Assembly: GCA_050084515.1 (NCBI GenBank)
Contig: CM114271.1
Location: 46,004,001 to 46,068,000, forward strand
Reading direction: 5' to 3'
Source of the DNA: Blasia pusilla
Taxonomy: Eukaryota
DNA length: 64,000 nt
The notes below the pieces were generated by a model that had not been told where the DNA came from, did not search any database, and saw only the letters and a list, made by a program, of their open reading frames with translations. A program made the translations under genes and the position numbers. Below, piece after piece: positions 22,789-35,957 of the stretch (the stretch's first letter is position 1; the number at the start of each line of letters is the position of its first letter).

Positions 22789-25700
22789 ATGGCTACTTCT
22801 TCATCAGTTTGTGCTCGTCCTCCTCTGCTAGGTGAAGGGAAGTTAGATGGGTCTAACTATACATTGGAAAAGTTGAAAATGAGAACTGTCCTCGAATCAT
22901 TTGAGATCTGGGAGACGGCCATAGGGATCGATTCGAACCCATAAGCTACTTTGAGTTCTGTATGTTCATCTTTATCTGATGATATCGATCCTGGTGTATT
23001 GCTGGCATGGAAACGCATAAACTTTGATGCTCTATATGCGATTATCACGAATGTAATTGATTCTGTCATAACTCTCATTCAACATACGACCACTGCTGTT
23101 GAGGCGTGGAGCATTCTGAAGAATCAATATGAAACGAGGAATGAGATTCGGATTCAGAATCTAGAGAATCAACTTACCTCCAAGAAATTTTCAGAAGGAG
23201 AAAGCGTGGAGAAATTTTTACGAGGATCAAGAATCTTCAAGATCAGATGGCGTCTGTAGGAATTTCAAAGTCTAGCGAAGATTTGGCATGTCAGTGCATA
23301 TGGATTTTTCCTCCAAGGTATGACACTTTGGTCACTGCATTGAATACTCAAGTAAGATCCACGCCGCTTACTTTTGAACAATTTAGTCCAATGTTGGTAG
23401 AAGAGGAAATGCGCTTCAAAGCAAGAGAGGGAAGTGATGTAGCATTTATTGCCAACGTACAGAGAGGTAGAAATCAATATTACAGTTCGAATGTCAAGAA
23501 GAAATTTCCAAGGAAAGCCTTCAAATGCTTTTATTGTGCTAAGCTAGGTCATCTTATCAAAGATTGTAGAAAGAGGATTCAGTATGAGAAGAACGGTTGT
23601 TTGAGACCTAAGAAGAAGTCTAGAAGGAAGAACTAGGAGAACATGAAGTAGATGCTTTTGTAGCAATCGGAGAGTTTTGCACACAGGAAGAATTTTCCAC
23701 TAAGTCAAAGAGTGAAGATGCATGGGTGCTCGATAGTGGAGCATTTAAGCCTATGACCAATCATAAGGATGGGTATAAGTCCTTACAACCTCTATAGGAG
23801 CCCATCATTGTTATTTTGGGAATAATGCAAAGTACCATGTAGAAGGGAAAGGCATAATTTCTTTAGTCTCACAAAAAGGAGATGAAAAGAAGTTAAATGA
23901 TGTACTGTACGTACCAGAGTTGAAGCAAAGTTTGATTTCAGTAGCAGTATTATGTGATCGTGACCTAGAGGTTCATTTCAAGAAAACTGGAGGAGTCATT
24001 AAGGATTCCAATGAGAAAGTAGTGGGTGAAGGTATACGACGTGGAAATATCTAAGAGTTTTATGCTTTCACAACAAGTGTAGGTACAGATCTTAGTAGCA
24101 GTAAGTTGTGGCATGAAAGATTTGGTCACCTAAGCTTTCCCTTACTAAGTCAGATGCAGAAATCTGGCATGGTTTTTTATTTACCAACAATTTCAGGAGT
24201 GTCAGACACATGTGAAGCTTGTATGATGGGCAAGCAACACCGCAAACCATTTCCACAAGAGTCCAGCAATAGAGCAAAGGCTCCTCTAGAGCTGATTCAT
24301 GCTGACCTCTATGGTAAAATGAGAAAAGTGACATTAGGTGGTTCTTCCTACTTCTTTTGAGTTATCGACGATTATAGTAGGAAGATGTGGGTGTATTTCC
24401 TTCGTGATAAGGCAAGTGCTTTTGGAAAATTTAAAGTATGGCACGAGCTGGTTGAGAACGAGACATGAAAGAAGATACACAAGCTTCGCACCGATCGAGA
24501 AGGAGAATTCTTATCAACACAATTCAACAAATATTTGGGGGAGCATGGAATCAAGCGATAGTTAACCACGGCAGATACACCACAACAAAATGGAGTTGTT
24601 GAGCGTCGAAATTGTACAATGGTGGAGATGGCAAAATGTAAGATGAAAGCAAAAGGTTTGACAGAAGGATTTTGAGCTGAAGCTGTTAATACTGACGTTT
24701 ACATTCTAAGTAGAAGTGCTACAATGTCAGTGCAAGACATGACTCTTCATCAATCATACTCAGGTAAGGTACCATCAGTCCGAAATTTCACGAATTTTGG
24801 TAGTGAGTGCTTTGTACATATTCCTGAAGCATCCAAGATCAAGATGGAGTCCAAGAGCAAGAAATGCATCTTTATGGGATACAGTGATGAGTCTAAAGCT
24901 TATCTCCTATGGTGTCCTAAGGCAAAGAAGATGCTTGTGAGTCGTGATGTGATGTTCTAGGAACAATCTCGTCAAGTGGCGGATATCAGTGGTCCGTCCA
25001 CATTATCATCAAACGAAGAGATAACCCACCAGAGCACACCACCAATGTTTACACTAGATCATCAAGAAGAAGAATTTGGTGATGATTACAAAGAGCATCC
25101 TGCTCTTCCACTACGGTCATCATACCCTAAGTGGATAAAGCAACTCTTGGATGGTCAGGATCCACCAACAACGGATAAAATTGTTACACATCCAAGGAGA
25201 TCCAAGAGACCAGAGGACCATAATGTGCGGAAGCTCTATTATGGTCCATAATAGAGCTTCCGCACATCTCGTCAATATGGCCTTGATGTCAGAGGTCTTG
25301 AAGGTGGAAGAGCCATCATGCTTGGATAAGGCCCTTGCTCATCCTCAATAGAGAGAGGCCATACAGATGGAGTTGGACGCTATTTAGAGAAATTGAACTT
25401 GGATTTTGGTTGAGAAGCCAAAGGACAGGAAGATAATACGCACCAAGTGGGTGTACAAGACCAAGTACAAGTCGGACGGTACATTGGATAAATTCAAACC
25501 GAGGTTGGTTGCACAAGGATGCTCACAAATCAAAGGTTTTGACTACTATGAGACTTTTGCTCCTACTGCAAGGATGACAATCATTCGAATTGTTCTAGCG
25601 GTTGCAAGAACAAGACGTTGGCATTTATACTAATACGATGTGAAGTCTGCCTTTCTGAATGGGAGTCTCGAGGAGGAGGTATATGTATCTCAACCACCAG

Positions 25701-26848
25701 GTTCTAAGATACCCGGATCAGAAGAGAAAGTGTGTTTACCCCATTGAGCATTGTATGGGTTGAAGCAAGCCCCATGGGTATGGTATCAACAAATAGATAC
25801 ATTCTTCCGAGAGAAGGGTTTCATCAAGAGTCCGTCAGAAGTAAATTTGTATGTGTTTTGCAAAGATGGGATGTATATGTTGATAGTCCTGTATGTGGAT
25901 GATCTGATCATCACAAGAGACCACAGTAAGAAAATAGAGGAAATGAAGGGAGTGTTGAAATCTGAGTTTGAAATGTCAGATTTAGGTCTTTCGCACTACT
26001 TTATAGGGTTGGAGATTTGGCAACAGTCAAATTCTATTTTTCTCTCTCAGCAAAAGTATGCTAGAGAAATCTTGAAGGCATTTGGGATGACCGAGTGTAA
26101 GGTAGTGGTCTTTCCAATGGAGGTAGAGTTGAATCTCTCGATGGAGGATGTTTCACCATTGGTAGATGAAAAATTGTACAAAAAGCTTGTAGGCAGTTTG
26201 ATATTTTTGTGTAACACTACACCAGACATTAGCTTCACTATGGGAGTGTTGAGTAGGTTCTCAACTAAGCCTCGTGAGAACCATTGGAAGGCAGGGATGC
26301 GTGTGTTGAAGTACATGAAAGGCACTATCGAGTACGGCATCACCTCTAGAGCAGAGACGGAAATGATAGCTTTTTGTGACTCAGATTGGGAAGGAGATTC
26401 AGATTCTCGGGGATCAATTTCAGGTTATTGCTTCTTGGTAGGATCAGGTGTGGTATCATGGGTCAGCAAGAAGCAACCTACAGTGGCTTTTTCTTCTACC
26501 GAGGCAAAGTACAAGGCGGCTTGTTATGCTTCTTGTGAAGTAATATGGTTGAGATGGATATTAGAGGACATAGGAGAAGCACCAGAAAGTGCTACTGTAA
26601 TGTATTGTGACAATCAAAGTTGCATTGTCATAGCACATAATCCTGTGTTTCATGCTCGTATGAAGCACATAGAGATCCAGTATCATTTTGTTCGTGAATT
26701 GATCAAGAGAGAGGTTTTGAAGTTAGTCTATTCTCCAACAAAGGATAACCGTGAAGACATCTTCATGAAAGCTTTGAGCGGAGATCAGCTTCATCGATAT
26801 CTGAAGGGTCTTGGCACATGTTGTGCGCCTACTCTCCTTGAACGTTAA
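22789..26848 (+). pseudogene. Copia gag-pol polyprotein, disrupted
   Basis: Gag (LDGSNY), zinc knuckle CFYCAKLGHLIKDC, protease WVLDSGA, LWHERFGH, integrase core, RT LYGLKQAP and LYVDD, RNase H FCDSDW..KHIEIQYHFVRE. Multiple stops and frameshifts. Confidence 0.95.
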
Positions 26849-27289
26849 TCTTATTTGTTGAGGAAGCGTGCGTTCAGTAGGTCACGCTCTCAACGTTGAT
26901 CTCCATCCAAACACGCACTCTGGTTAGTCGGGTCTTGGATCAATCAACGTGCTAACTTTTTGAGTTCTCGTCTCGGACTCTCATCAACTCAATCTTCCTA
27001 GTTTCACGATTTATAACACGGGCAAGTCTCGAAAGACTCAAGTCTTGGCTCACATTTGGTCTAGGTTTCCTGGTCGCGACCACTAACGCATGAAATGCAC
27101 AACTCTCTTCCGCGTTTCGTCTCTTGGACTTTTCCAAGAGACCTTTCTAAACGCCTCTCCAAAGCGCAAACATCGCATTGTGAGTCCACTTGAGTTCTGA
27201 TGTTCCGCTTGGTGCCTATTTGGTGTTTTCTGGTTATGAGGGTTGCAAAACATAGGTCCAAGACAATAGTCCAGATGAGAGTGGATATT

Positions 27290-27298
27290 GAGGGGGGA
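27290..27298 (+). promoter_or_regulatory. Polypurine tract
   Basis: GAGGGGGGA immediately before the 3' LTR. Confidence 0.9.
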
Positions 27299-27775
27299 TA
27301 TTGGATTCTCAACATCCACTTCTCTAAGCACCGTTAATCTCATCGGCCCCCTTGTATGAGGAGAAGCCTAGATTGATGGTTCCGACTTAGACGTCGAAGG
27401 AGTCATAGTAATATGATGTAGGTGGTTTCAGGAGTACAGCCTCCTACAGCCAAAATTTAGTTTTATTATACGGACAAGACAGATCCACTGTTTTCAATCA
27501 TATGGATATAAAAAAAGCATTACTAGAATTATCTAACCCTATATTGCATCAGGGTGCGGATAGGTAGAAACAAATAAAAATAGGTAAAAAACCCTATTTT
27601 CCTGAGTAGTAAAATACTCGGGAGCTGGAGCGGTAGCGCATTCTCGTATGTCGAGTTATCTCCATATTCAGGTTCCATCGAAGCTCTTATGTGAGCGCAC
27701 GGACGGACTAGGCCACATTGTATCTCTAAGTTTTGTAAAGATTTCAGTGATTTTGTCACTTTCTATTTTCTCACA
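27299..27775 (+). repeat. 3' LTR of copia element, carrying an extra 80-bp insert
   Basis: TATTGGATTCTCAACATCC ... TTTTCTCACA, then TSD ATGAT. Confidence 0.95.
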
Positions 27776-27780
27776 ATGAT

Positions 27781-28900
27781 CTATGTGCCCAAGCCTTTGA
27801 ATCTCCAGTATGCCAGATTATCTGAACTTTTGTTTTCACTAGCCCAACAAATCAGTTTTGAAAATTCAGAGCAGCAAAATATGCGCTTCATTCTAGAGAT
27901 AAATGGGAAATGGCGCAAAACCTTCCTAGCCATTGATGACTTTCCTACTTTCTTATATCTATCTGCTTTGCACTTTAGGCAAACCTCTACATTTTGAAAC
28001 TCACCATGAGACAAGTCACATCCCAAGGGACATGCACAAATTATGTCATAAGTTAGGCCAAGCTTTCCTACCAATTTCTTTGCATCATAGTGACCATGGG
28101 GTACTTCATTATTAGATGGCAAGACATGCTTGCCTAAGAGCTTCAAGAACTCATCCACTACTATGTTTGGCACTGAATATATTCTTCCAATGTTGAAAAC
28201 ATGCATAATTGATGCTTAGATGGACATATTTGCCCATGCATACAAGGGTTTATAAGCATCTATAAGTCCTGGATATCTTGAGTTATCCTCCCAATTGGGT
28301 TGAAGCACCATAGTAGGGGTGTCACTAAGTTCTTCATTATCCATTGCTTTATGGAGGTTATTATACTATGTAAAAACCTCACTCAACATTCTATTGACAT
28401 CAACACCCTCATAAAGTACTTGCTTCACTGGTGGTCCCTCTCTTATGCCATCACAATCATCCTCTTTATCCTTATGTGCCCTTGCTGCATGGATGGCTTT
28501 TTCATGGCTATTGCTTATGTCTTTGGCATCTTGTGGTGGCCATTCCTCATCTGAAGAGGAATGGCTACCACGAGATAAAATGCCCCTCCCCAACCCCTTT
28601 CCACATTCTAGAAAGTGATAATCTACAATATTTTCGTAGATGTTTTTTTAACTTTGTGCAATCCTATAGTTTTATGTCCCTTATATATGTTGCAAGGGCA
28701 CATTTTCTTCAATCCCTCTCGGCTTGAGCATGCTCCCTTTTCCAAAGTTTTTGGTCGCGACCATTGATTCGCGTAGGGTGGGTTAGGGGTTCTTTCAATC
28801 GGATCCTTGCGTCTTCCATAGTCTCAACTCTATAAACTACAAATTTACAATGCACCACATATTCAACAAGGGATTGACACGTATTAGATACATTCAACTC
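27781..28900 (-). pseudogene. N-terminal part of the same CACTA tnp2 gene
   Basis: LLGKHVLPSNNEVPHGHYDAKKLVGKLGLTYDIICACPLGC..CLKCKADRY..KVLRHFPFISRMKRIF, then HTGDSKAWAH, continuing across the copia insertion into YPDFAREPRN at 22270-22304. Confidence 0.85.
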
Positions 28901-29173
28901 TCAGTAGATTACAATTACACGTACATAATATAATAAGCATATACATTCTAACTACATGAGAACATGATAGCGCATGCGTACCATGAAAGCCCTCAAGTTC
29001 TGTATGCATGTGCAAGTTAACTTTGTTGTCACCAAAAAAGTTGATTGTTACTCAAGTTGAACGTGGAGCAGCAAGAGTGATTACAAAAGGATCAAGAGCA
29101 AGCTAAGCAACAACTCCAACAATGCCAAATTTAGTAGCAACAATATCTTAAACAACAACATCAACTGCAGCAG

Positions 29174-29203
29174 CAACAACAACAACAACAACAACAACAA
29201 CAA
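29174..29203 (+). repeat. (CAA)n microsatellite
   Basis: Run of CAA units after CAGCAG. Confidence 0.9.
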
Positions 29204-30220
29204 GTTGGATCGCAAATGCATGCTCATCAATATGGTTAGCACAATAATAAGCTGCTGGATTTTCCTCCCTCAAACTTCAAGGGACATGCATTGAAGGCTT
29301 GAAAAGTTGTTGTCAAATAAGTGTTGCTACATCAACAACAAACAAGCATCAACAACTATATCGTCAACAGAAACAACATGCTCAATAGCAACAATAACAA
29401 TACAAGCATTTGAAAGTGGATTCACACCAAATGACACTATTGGTGTTATCCCCACAAAATTTACAAGCTCTATCTCCTCAAATTTCTATTCAATAGAAAC
29501 TATCTCCTCATGTTAATTCACACCAAAATTGTGTCCCACCCTTGTAAGGTGTTGAAGCAAGTACTCCTTTGTAGGCTTCCCCACCACCTCTTAGGATTCT
29601 TTCTCCATCTCTGCTGCTACAAGTTACCTCGCCACTTGGTCTCGAGGAAGTTGATATGAAAGTTCCGACACCAATGACTAGCACTTCCCAAAGGACATAA
29701 AATATTTGTTTCAAAGCTGCTGAAGATTAGTGCAAATCATCATCCATCCATATATTTCCCTATTTTAGACTAAAAAATCTAACACGGTCAGTGTTGGAAT
29801 TCTCTCTTTTGAGTACAAGTCCATCATCGATGTTTTTTTTATAAGTAGAGATAAACCTTCTTTCACGACCCAAAAACTGCAATAGCATGATATTTGCTAA
29901 TGAGCTCTATTTGTTGGAGGAGACAAAATAGAGTTTATTCAAAAATTTGGGCTCCCTCATGAGCAAGTTGCAAGCATGATGCCTGAAGGGCTTGATGCCT
30001 CACAAGCAACAACTACTTCAGTTACGGTTTGATGTTATTCCTCATTATGAAGAATTTTGGTAACACAAGAATTCTTCAACACATTCAATAGCCTAGAGCC
30101 ATTGCCCAAAGTTGTTGCACAACCTCGGGTACTGCTGAAGTGGTTGGCCAGTGAAGGTGAACACCTTCAAAACCATGGCCCTGTGGGGTCCCTATGGACA
30201 ATAAATCTATTCATTCATTC

Positions 30221-30233
30221 ACACACACACACA

Positions 30234-30308
<75 letters not shown>
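30221..30308 (+). repeat. Compound (CA)n(CT)n microsatellite
   Basis: Read directly; explains the poly-SL ORFs in the track. Confidence 0.97.
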
Positions 30309-30310
<2 letters not shown>

Positions 30311-30311
<1 letters not shown>

Positions 30312-30447
30312 GTGAGTCTACGTTACGTCTTTGGTGGTTTGCAACCTTGCATGTAGGGTATCGCTCTCTCACTTTCTCGTCTCTGTGAGTCTACGTTACG
30401 TCTTTGGTGGTTTGCAACCTTGCATGTAGGGTATGCGCTTCCACTTT
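30311..30447 (+). repeat. 73-bp-period tandem duplication
   Basis: TGTGAGTCTACGTTACGTCTTTGGTGGTTTGCAACCTTGCATGTAGGGTAT occurs at 30311 and 30384. Confidence 0.95.
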
Positions 30448-30489
30448 GCGTGAATATGCCACTCCATTAAATAGCCCAAGAATTTCGGC

Positions 30490-31295
30490 TTATTTGAATC
30501 ACAATTAGCCACTATGGGCGCTTCCATTGGAGTCACATGAACTTGCAACTTGCGAGTAATGGAACTCGCAGGTAGTAATTTATATGTCCCAAAACCTAAA
30601 ATTCAACCATAAACTCCTTTTTCCCTCAAAATCGCTCAATTTTTGTTTTTCCTCCTAATTTTATGTGTAAGACTATTCTTCTCACTTTGCAACTAGTTTC
30701 TTTGCTAGTGGAGCTAGGTATTGAGAAATTTTTTGGTGGAAAATTTTTCGCATGTTAAAAGATATGTGGATGATTGAAGTTCATATTATAATATATTTTT
30801 TCTTTCCAAAATCATTTATTCTAAACTACAAGAAATGATGAAGAAGAAAAGAAAAATCATCCCTAAGATCGGAGTTAAATCCCCTTTAAAAAGTTGTTTT
30901 ATAAACAAAAAAAACAAGTCTTAACTCAACAAAGGAGTTGGAAATAATTGCTTTATAGTACAAAAAACCATTACTTTACGAGTCCTTTGCAAGTTCTTGA
31001 ATCCTTTGTGAGTCTAAAACCACTCCTCTACAAGAGCAAAAAACTAGTACTTGGATCCACTATTTGAAAAAAAAATTGTGAGTGAGTTGAGAGTCAACTT
31101 TTGTGACTTATTTATAACTACTTATACTTCTAATCACTTTCAAATGACTCACAAAGCTACTTGTACCATGTGAGCATTTTACAAGTGAATTATGATTGAC
31201 TTGCGAGTGTAAAAAAAGAAAATTTGAGGTCGTGTTGTAGTTGCAAAGTGAGAGTCAATTGCAAATGCGGGACTCCCAGATTTTTGAGCCGTGTG
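30490..31295. mobile_element. CACTA-type subterminal region, likely the 5' end of the minus-strand CACTA
   Basis: Many short TTGCAA/GAGTC/GACTC motifs in both orientations. 30590-30716 is an inverted match to 53790-53925. Confidence 0.5.
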
Positions 31296-32620
31296 AGACT
31301 ATCTTGCGACGATATTATACCTGCTACAACTCGTAAACTTGATCTGAATGTTACAGTAGCTCAGTGATTTGATATTCTCTATGCCAAAATATACAATTAC
31401 CTTCTCAGTGTATTTATTTTGAGACATCCTTAACCATCTACTCTTTCGATCTCTATGCATATCAATCCCAAGAATCCTCTTTGAAAGACCTAAGTCCTTC
31501 ATGTTAAACTCCTTGCTTAATTTTTCTTCAAGTGAGCAATAACTGGATCTCTCATATCATCTTCTTGGTAGCGATGAATATATCATCAGCATACAATACC
31601 AAGATAATCTAACCAAAATAAACACCTCTCTTTGTCTTCTTTAGTTACATACAATAATCATACTCACTACAATGTCGTGCACATACACATCGCTACACAA
31701 CATACATCGTTGTCATCGAACACACACACACAAACACCCACGATCCCATGCTAACTCATGGCATCCAAACACAGAGGCGAGAAGTACCAAAATATCTCCA
31801 ATAAAATAAGATGAAATCTCTCTCAGAACACCATAGCCCTCACATGTGTGCACTCTCACATGTCTCTCTCAATGTCAAACCAAACCCACTCTCCTAATAA
31901 GAGGTTTGGGTTACACTACAAGGCAAGGGACCATAGCTCCGCCACCTCGTGCCAAGAGGTTCAACAAAGAGAGAATGAGCTCTCAAGCTCTCTCTCCTTG
32001 AGGTATATCCCTCCCCTCTCCCAAACTCTCTCCATGTTAATCTATGCTCCCAAGTCACCTCCTTGGATCTTGACCTGATGTAGGAGGTCAAGGGAAACTT
32101 CCCAAAATAGGAATTCAACCATATACTTAGAGTAGTACTTACCCAAAATAGTAAATTCCTTAATATGGCTCCAAATGAGCCAAAACGAAGGAGAAACATG
32201 CTCTCTCAGGTTTCACGGGGCCTCACCACGTCATCCTTAACCTCTTGAGCCTGTCCTCCACTACTCGCAAAGGCATTTTACTAGATCTCACTGATCTATC
32301 CTAAAAGATGTGACAACAAGAATATCAATATATTTTCATAAATATACCAAACCTCTTATACCATTGCCTCAGAATTTGCTACAATTTGTATAAGGACTTC
32401 TTCAATCTATACACCAAGTTCTCCTTCCCTTGTACTTCAAATCCCTCTAGCTCTTTATGCGAAAAGGCAATGGTAATATCAAGTTGCTTGAATTCTAGGT
32501 CCTATAGAGCTACTCTGCCTAAATGCAAATGGATCCAATCTTTACCACGAATGAGAGAGTTATATCGGAGTCAATTTCTTAGTTTTGCGCCTATCCCGGC
32601 CCTTTGCAACAAGTCTTGCC
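31296..32620 (-). pseudogene. Copia reverse transcriptase fragment split by a solo LTR
   Basis: KQLDITIAF, YRLKKSLYKL.QILRQWYKRF, then the insertion, then LVLYADDIFIA and MKDLGLSKRILGIDMHRDR. Confidence 0.85.
31673..32315. mobile_element. Solo LTR (643 bp) with 4-bp TSD
   Basis: TGTCGTGC...TGTGACA. TSD ACAA at 31669-31672 and 32316-32319. RT sequence lies on both sides. Confidence 0.85.
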
Positions 32621-35600
32621 TTGTATCTATCTCCACTAATCTCATAAATTAATTCCTTACTGTGATACACTATCATACGACTATACGTTGCTAACCACAT
32701 CCATCCGTTGTGATCAACACATATCTAAGCTCCATCTATGCTATAAATCCTAGCACATCGATCTACACATAAACTACTAGACCCATCCCCTAGAGAGGTT
32801 TTGCTAAGACATTTTCAACATAATCTCCAAGTTACCCATCCCTCTTCTTTTCCTCCTAGAGTGGGCTTAACTACATCGTTCTTCTTAAGTATGTTGAATC
32901 ATCAACATACTCCTGAGGAGTACATGTCTTACCTTGGAGGAGGTTGATATTTAGCTACTTTCTAGTGACGCTTATGAGGTTGATGGAGGTGTGATTATTG
33001 CCTACATGTGTGAGTTGGTGGCATATATTCTTTTTAGTGTGTTGGTGAGTATGGCTCTCTTGTGGCAAGTTCTCATAGCATTTTTGTAATGGATTGATAT
33101 AATACTAGTTGAGTGATGATTGAGTGTGCGGGAAATTTGCCAAGTGTTGGTCTCAAGTGAGACATGGCTCTCTATGGGTTTGATGGAGACAAAGGATGTG
33201 TCCTCGATATACATAGGGGAGGTAGTCATAGATCTAGAATTATATAAATGACATGAATAACAAGTAGGTGATTCATGATGGGACCACATGAGCATCCAAA
33301 CTTGTTGCTCCTATCATCATAGTAATGTATGTCATAATGGGTATGGGTACATAGATGGGTATCCGGACTTAGAGAAATCTCACCACAAGCTAAATTGGAG
33401 ATAAATTGGTACATGATCATTTGTATGTATGGATGTCATGGTTGAGTATGATGTCATGTTTTCATAGATGGCGACAACCATGTATGGTGTGTAGCAATAG
33501 GTATGTGCACGACACATGTGAGGCGATGTGGCTTCATCAATTACTTGTTGGTCTTAGTAACTCAAGACTTATTGTAATATATGCACATAAATTTTCTCCT
33601 TTGCTTGCATCATTTGTGAATCCATCAATCATAGCCATATGCTTTTACATACCCCAAATTGTCTTAAAAACTACTTTGTTGAGTTCCTCTATGGGGGAAG
33701 TTAAGGCAGATTTTTTTTTTGTGAAATTCCAAGTGATCACAAATTTATAATCCTCTAAAGTTGCATAAAGATTATCTTTTGCAAGAAGGGAGTACTTGCA
33801 ATTCCTCAAACTTTGATGGTGGCAATTTTCTTGCGTGCGTTCCAACCAAATTTTGATCATTTATAATTGTTGATGAAATATCCATCTATAAAAAAATTTA
33901 TTTGCTAAAAAATCCAAATTAATACTAACTCTTTGTTGAGGATGGGATAGCCACAAGGCCTTTAAGGATTAATCGCGTCACTTGATAACATTAGCTCAAA
34001 TAGAAAGCAAACTTTAGAGCACCAAATAATTCAAATTTAGTAGCAATCCGTGGAGTGTGAAAGTACCAAGTAGCTTTATTATTATTTGTGTTAAAGTCTC
34101 TCATATTAGTCAATGGAATGATGACACAGGTTTGAAGGGTTTGCACATGAAAATTCTTCATTTGTTGAGTTTGTTGCAAGCATCCACGCAGAAATGTTTC
34201 TCAATCAGATTTCCATCGCCAAAAATATCTAATAGGGAAAGTTGCCATCCTTGATTCCGTCGTTGAAAACATCTAGTTGAAAATAATTCATTTTCAGATC
34301 ATAATTTACGTCCTTGAAATTCCTTATTGTAAATTCTCGATGAAAATAGCCAATTGGAACAGTTTAAGGAGCATATCTTGGTTGTCGGAAATGATCCAAA
34401 GGAAATTTGTCGCATAACATCTATATTATTATTGGAGAGTGTCTTCTTGATTCGCAAACACTTGAGGCAAACATAGGCAACAAGAAAATATTTCTCATAT
34501 TTAAAGAAATATTTTCTTTAAATATTTACATAAAGTAAAGTGATAGTAAAAAAGAAAGTTTGAATTTGCATGCATCATGGTTAGTCCCTTCACTCCCGTG
34601 CACTAATGTTTACTAAACCCAAACTTGACAAATTAAAATTTGGTCACTAGAAACATCTCATCATGTACATCATGAAATATTCATCCAAAATTTTCACCAT
34701 AAATATTTACGTAAAGTGGTTCCCACTTGCATGTTTAAGAATTCATGTTTAAGAATCTCTTCATTATTATTTTTCATCTCCATATTTTCACCCACTACAT
34801 CGCACTAACACCAAAAGGAACACTAAGATTTCTTGTGCATATCTTGACTTCCCACTTGGATTGAAACGGGCATCTATCTTATTAATTAGTGGCACGTGGT
34901 TTCTTCCATCAAACTTCGTCATCTATTTTTAAAAGTCAGTCCCTCATCTTCTCCCAGTTTACACGCTACAACTCGGGGCTATGTCTAGGTAGCTTCAAGA
35001 GCTGGGTACCCCCATACCTTCGTGAAGTTTTCTTCTCCGACTGCCTTCCGTGTTTCACTATCCATTGTAAAAAGTGTCATTTCTTGAAAAGGGATACGTT
35101 ATCCAAAAGATTTGCGCAATAATTCCCTCCATGTGCCTTCCATCACACAAGGATTCGTTCATTTTCACTCTTCCTTCATGGGGAAGAAACTACCACTTCC
35201 TTTAGGTAGAGTTTCCTTTCTCACACTTCATCTTGCTGTTTTCTCTTCCCCTCGGCGTCATTCACGTCTTCACCCTGACTGGGCTGGAGAGTGAATGCGT
35301 GCGAGTCGATCCTCAGATTTCTTACTCATATCTATTCCGAGGATCGGATGGATCATGCGAAAACGTCCATCCGGTCGAAAATGGCTTGATGAGGAGTCAC
35401 TTGTGCTGTTTCATCAGCGAAATCTCGTACTTGGATCTTCGGATCGGCCGGTTTTGAAAGAGCCCGATTCGTATCCTGAGACTCGTCGCGTTTCATCGCC
35501 GTCCGGTATGAGTTCGAGACGCCCCGACGGAGATTGAGAATGTTTCTCTTCCCGTTCATGTGGACTCGGATGAGATGAGAGAGAAGAATGCTAGTTTAAT

Positions 35601-35916
35601 CAGATAGGAAAAGAGACGTTCAAGCTTCGAGGATTAATTCTCTGGAAGTGGATTCCGTATCCATCGCACCGTTGAACGTTGTCATTAGTTTGTTACTTTT
35701 GGTGGTTGATGAATGAATGAATGGATAAAAGGATTGATCGCTCGGTCTTGAGCTTTTCAGCTCGCTGAGTTTTGTTTGGCATGCATCCATCCACCACTTT
35801 CTTCGCGTCTCAAAACTGGAGAGTGAGAGGGTGTCAGCGCATGTCCTTGGCTGCCTTCATCTTTCGGTCCGCACAAGAATCTGATCAGCCTTTCTAAACG
35901 TTCGTAGGTGAATTCG

Positions 35917-35920
<4 letters not shown>

Positions 35921-35951
<31 letters not shown>
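35921..35951 (+). repeat. (CT)n microsatellite
   Basis: Read directly. Confidence 0.95.

Positions 35952-35957
<6 letters not shown>

Larger units (their letters stand above)
22310..27775 (+). mobile_element. Full-length, decayed Ty1/copia LTR retrotransposon
   Basis: Paired LTRs (22310-22716 and 27299-27775), 5-bp TSD ATGAT (22305-22309 and 27776-27780), PBS, PPT, and gag-PR-INT-RT-RH domain order. Confidence 0.97.

Noticed and set aside
30057-30388. ORFs with poly-SL
   Set aside because: Translation of the (CT)n microsatellite.
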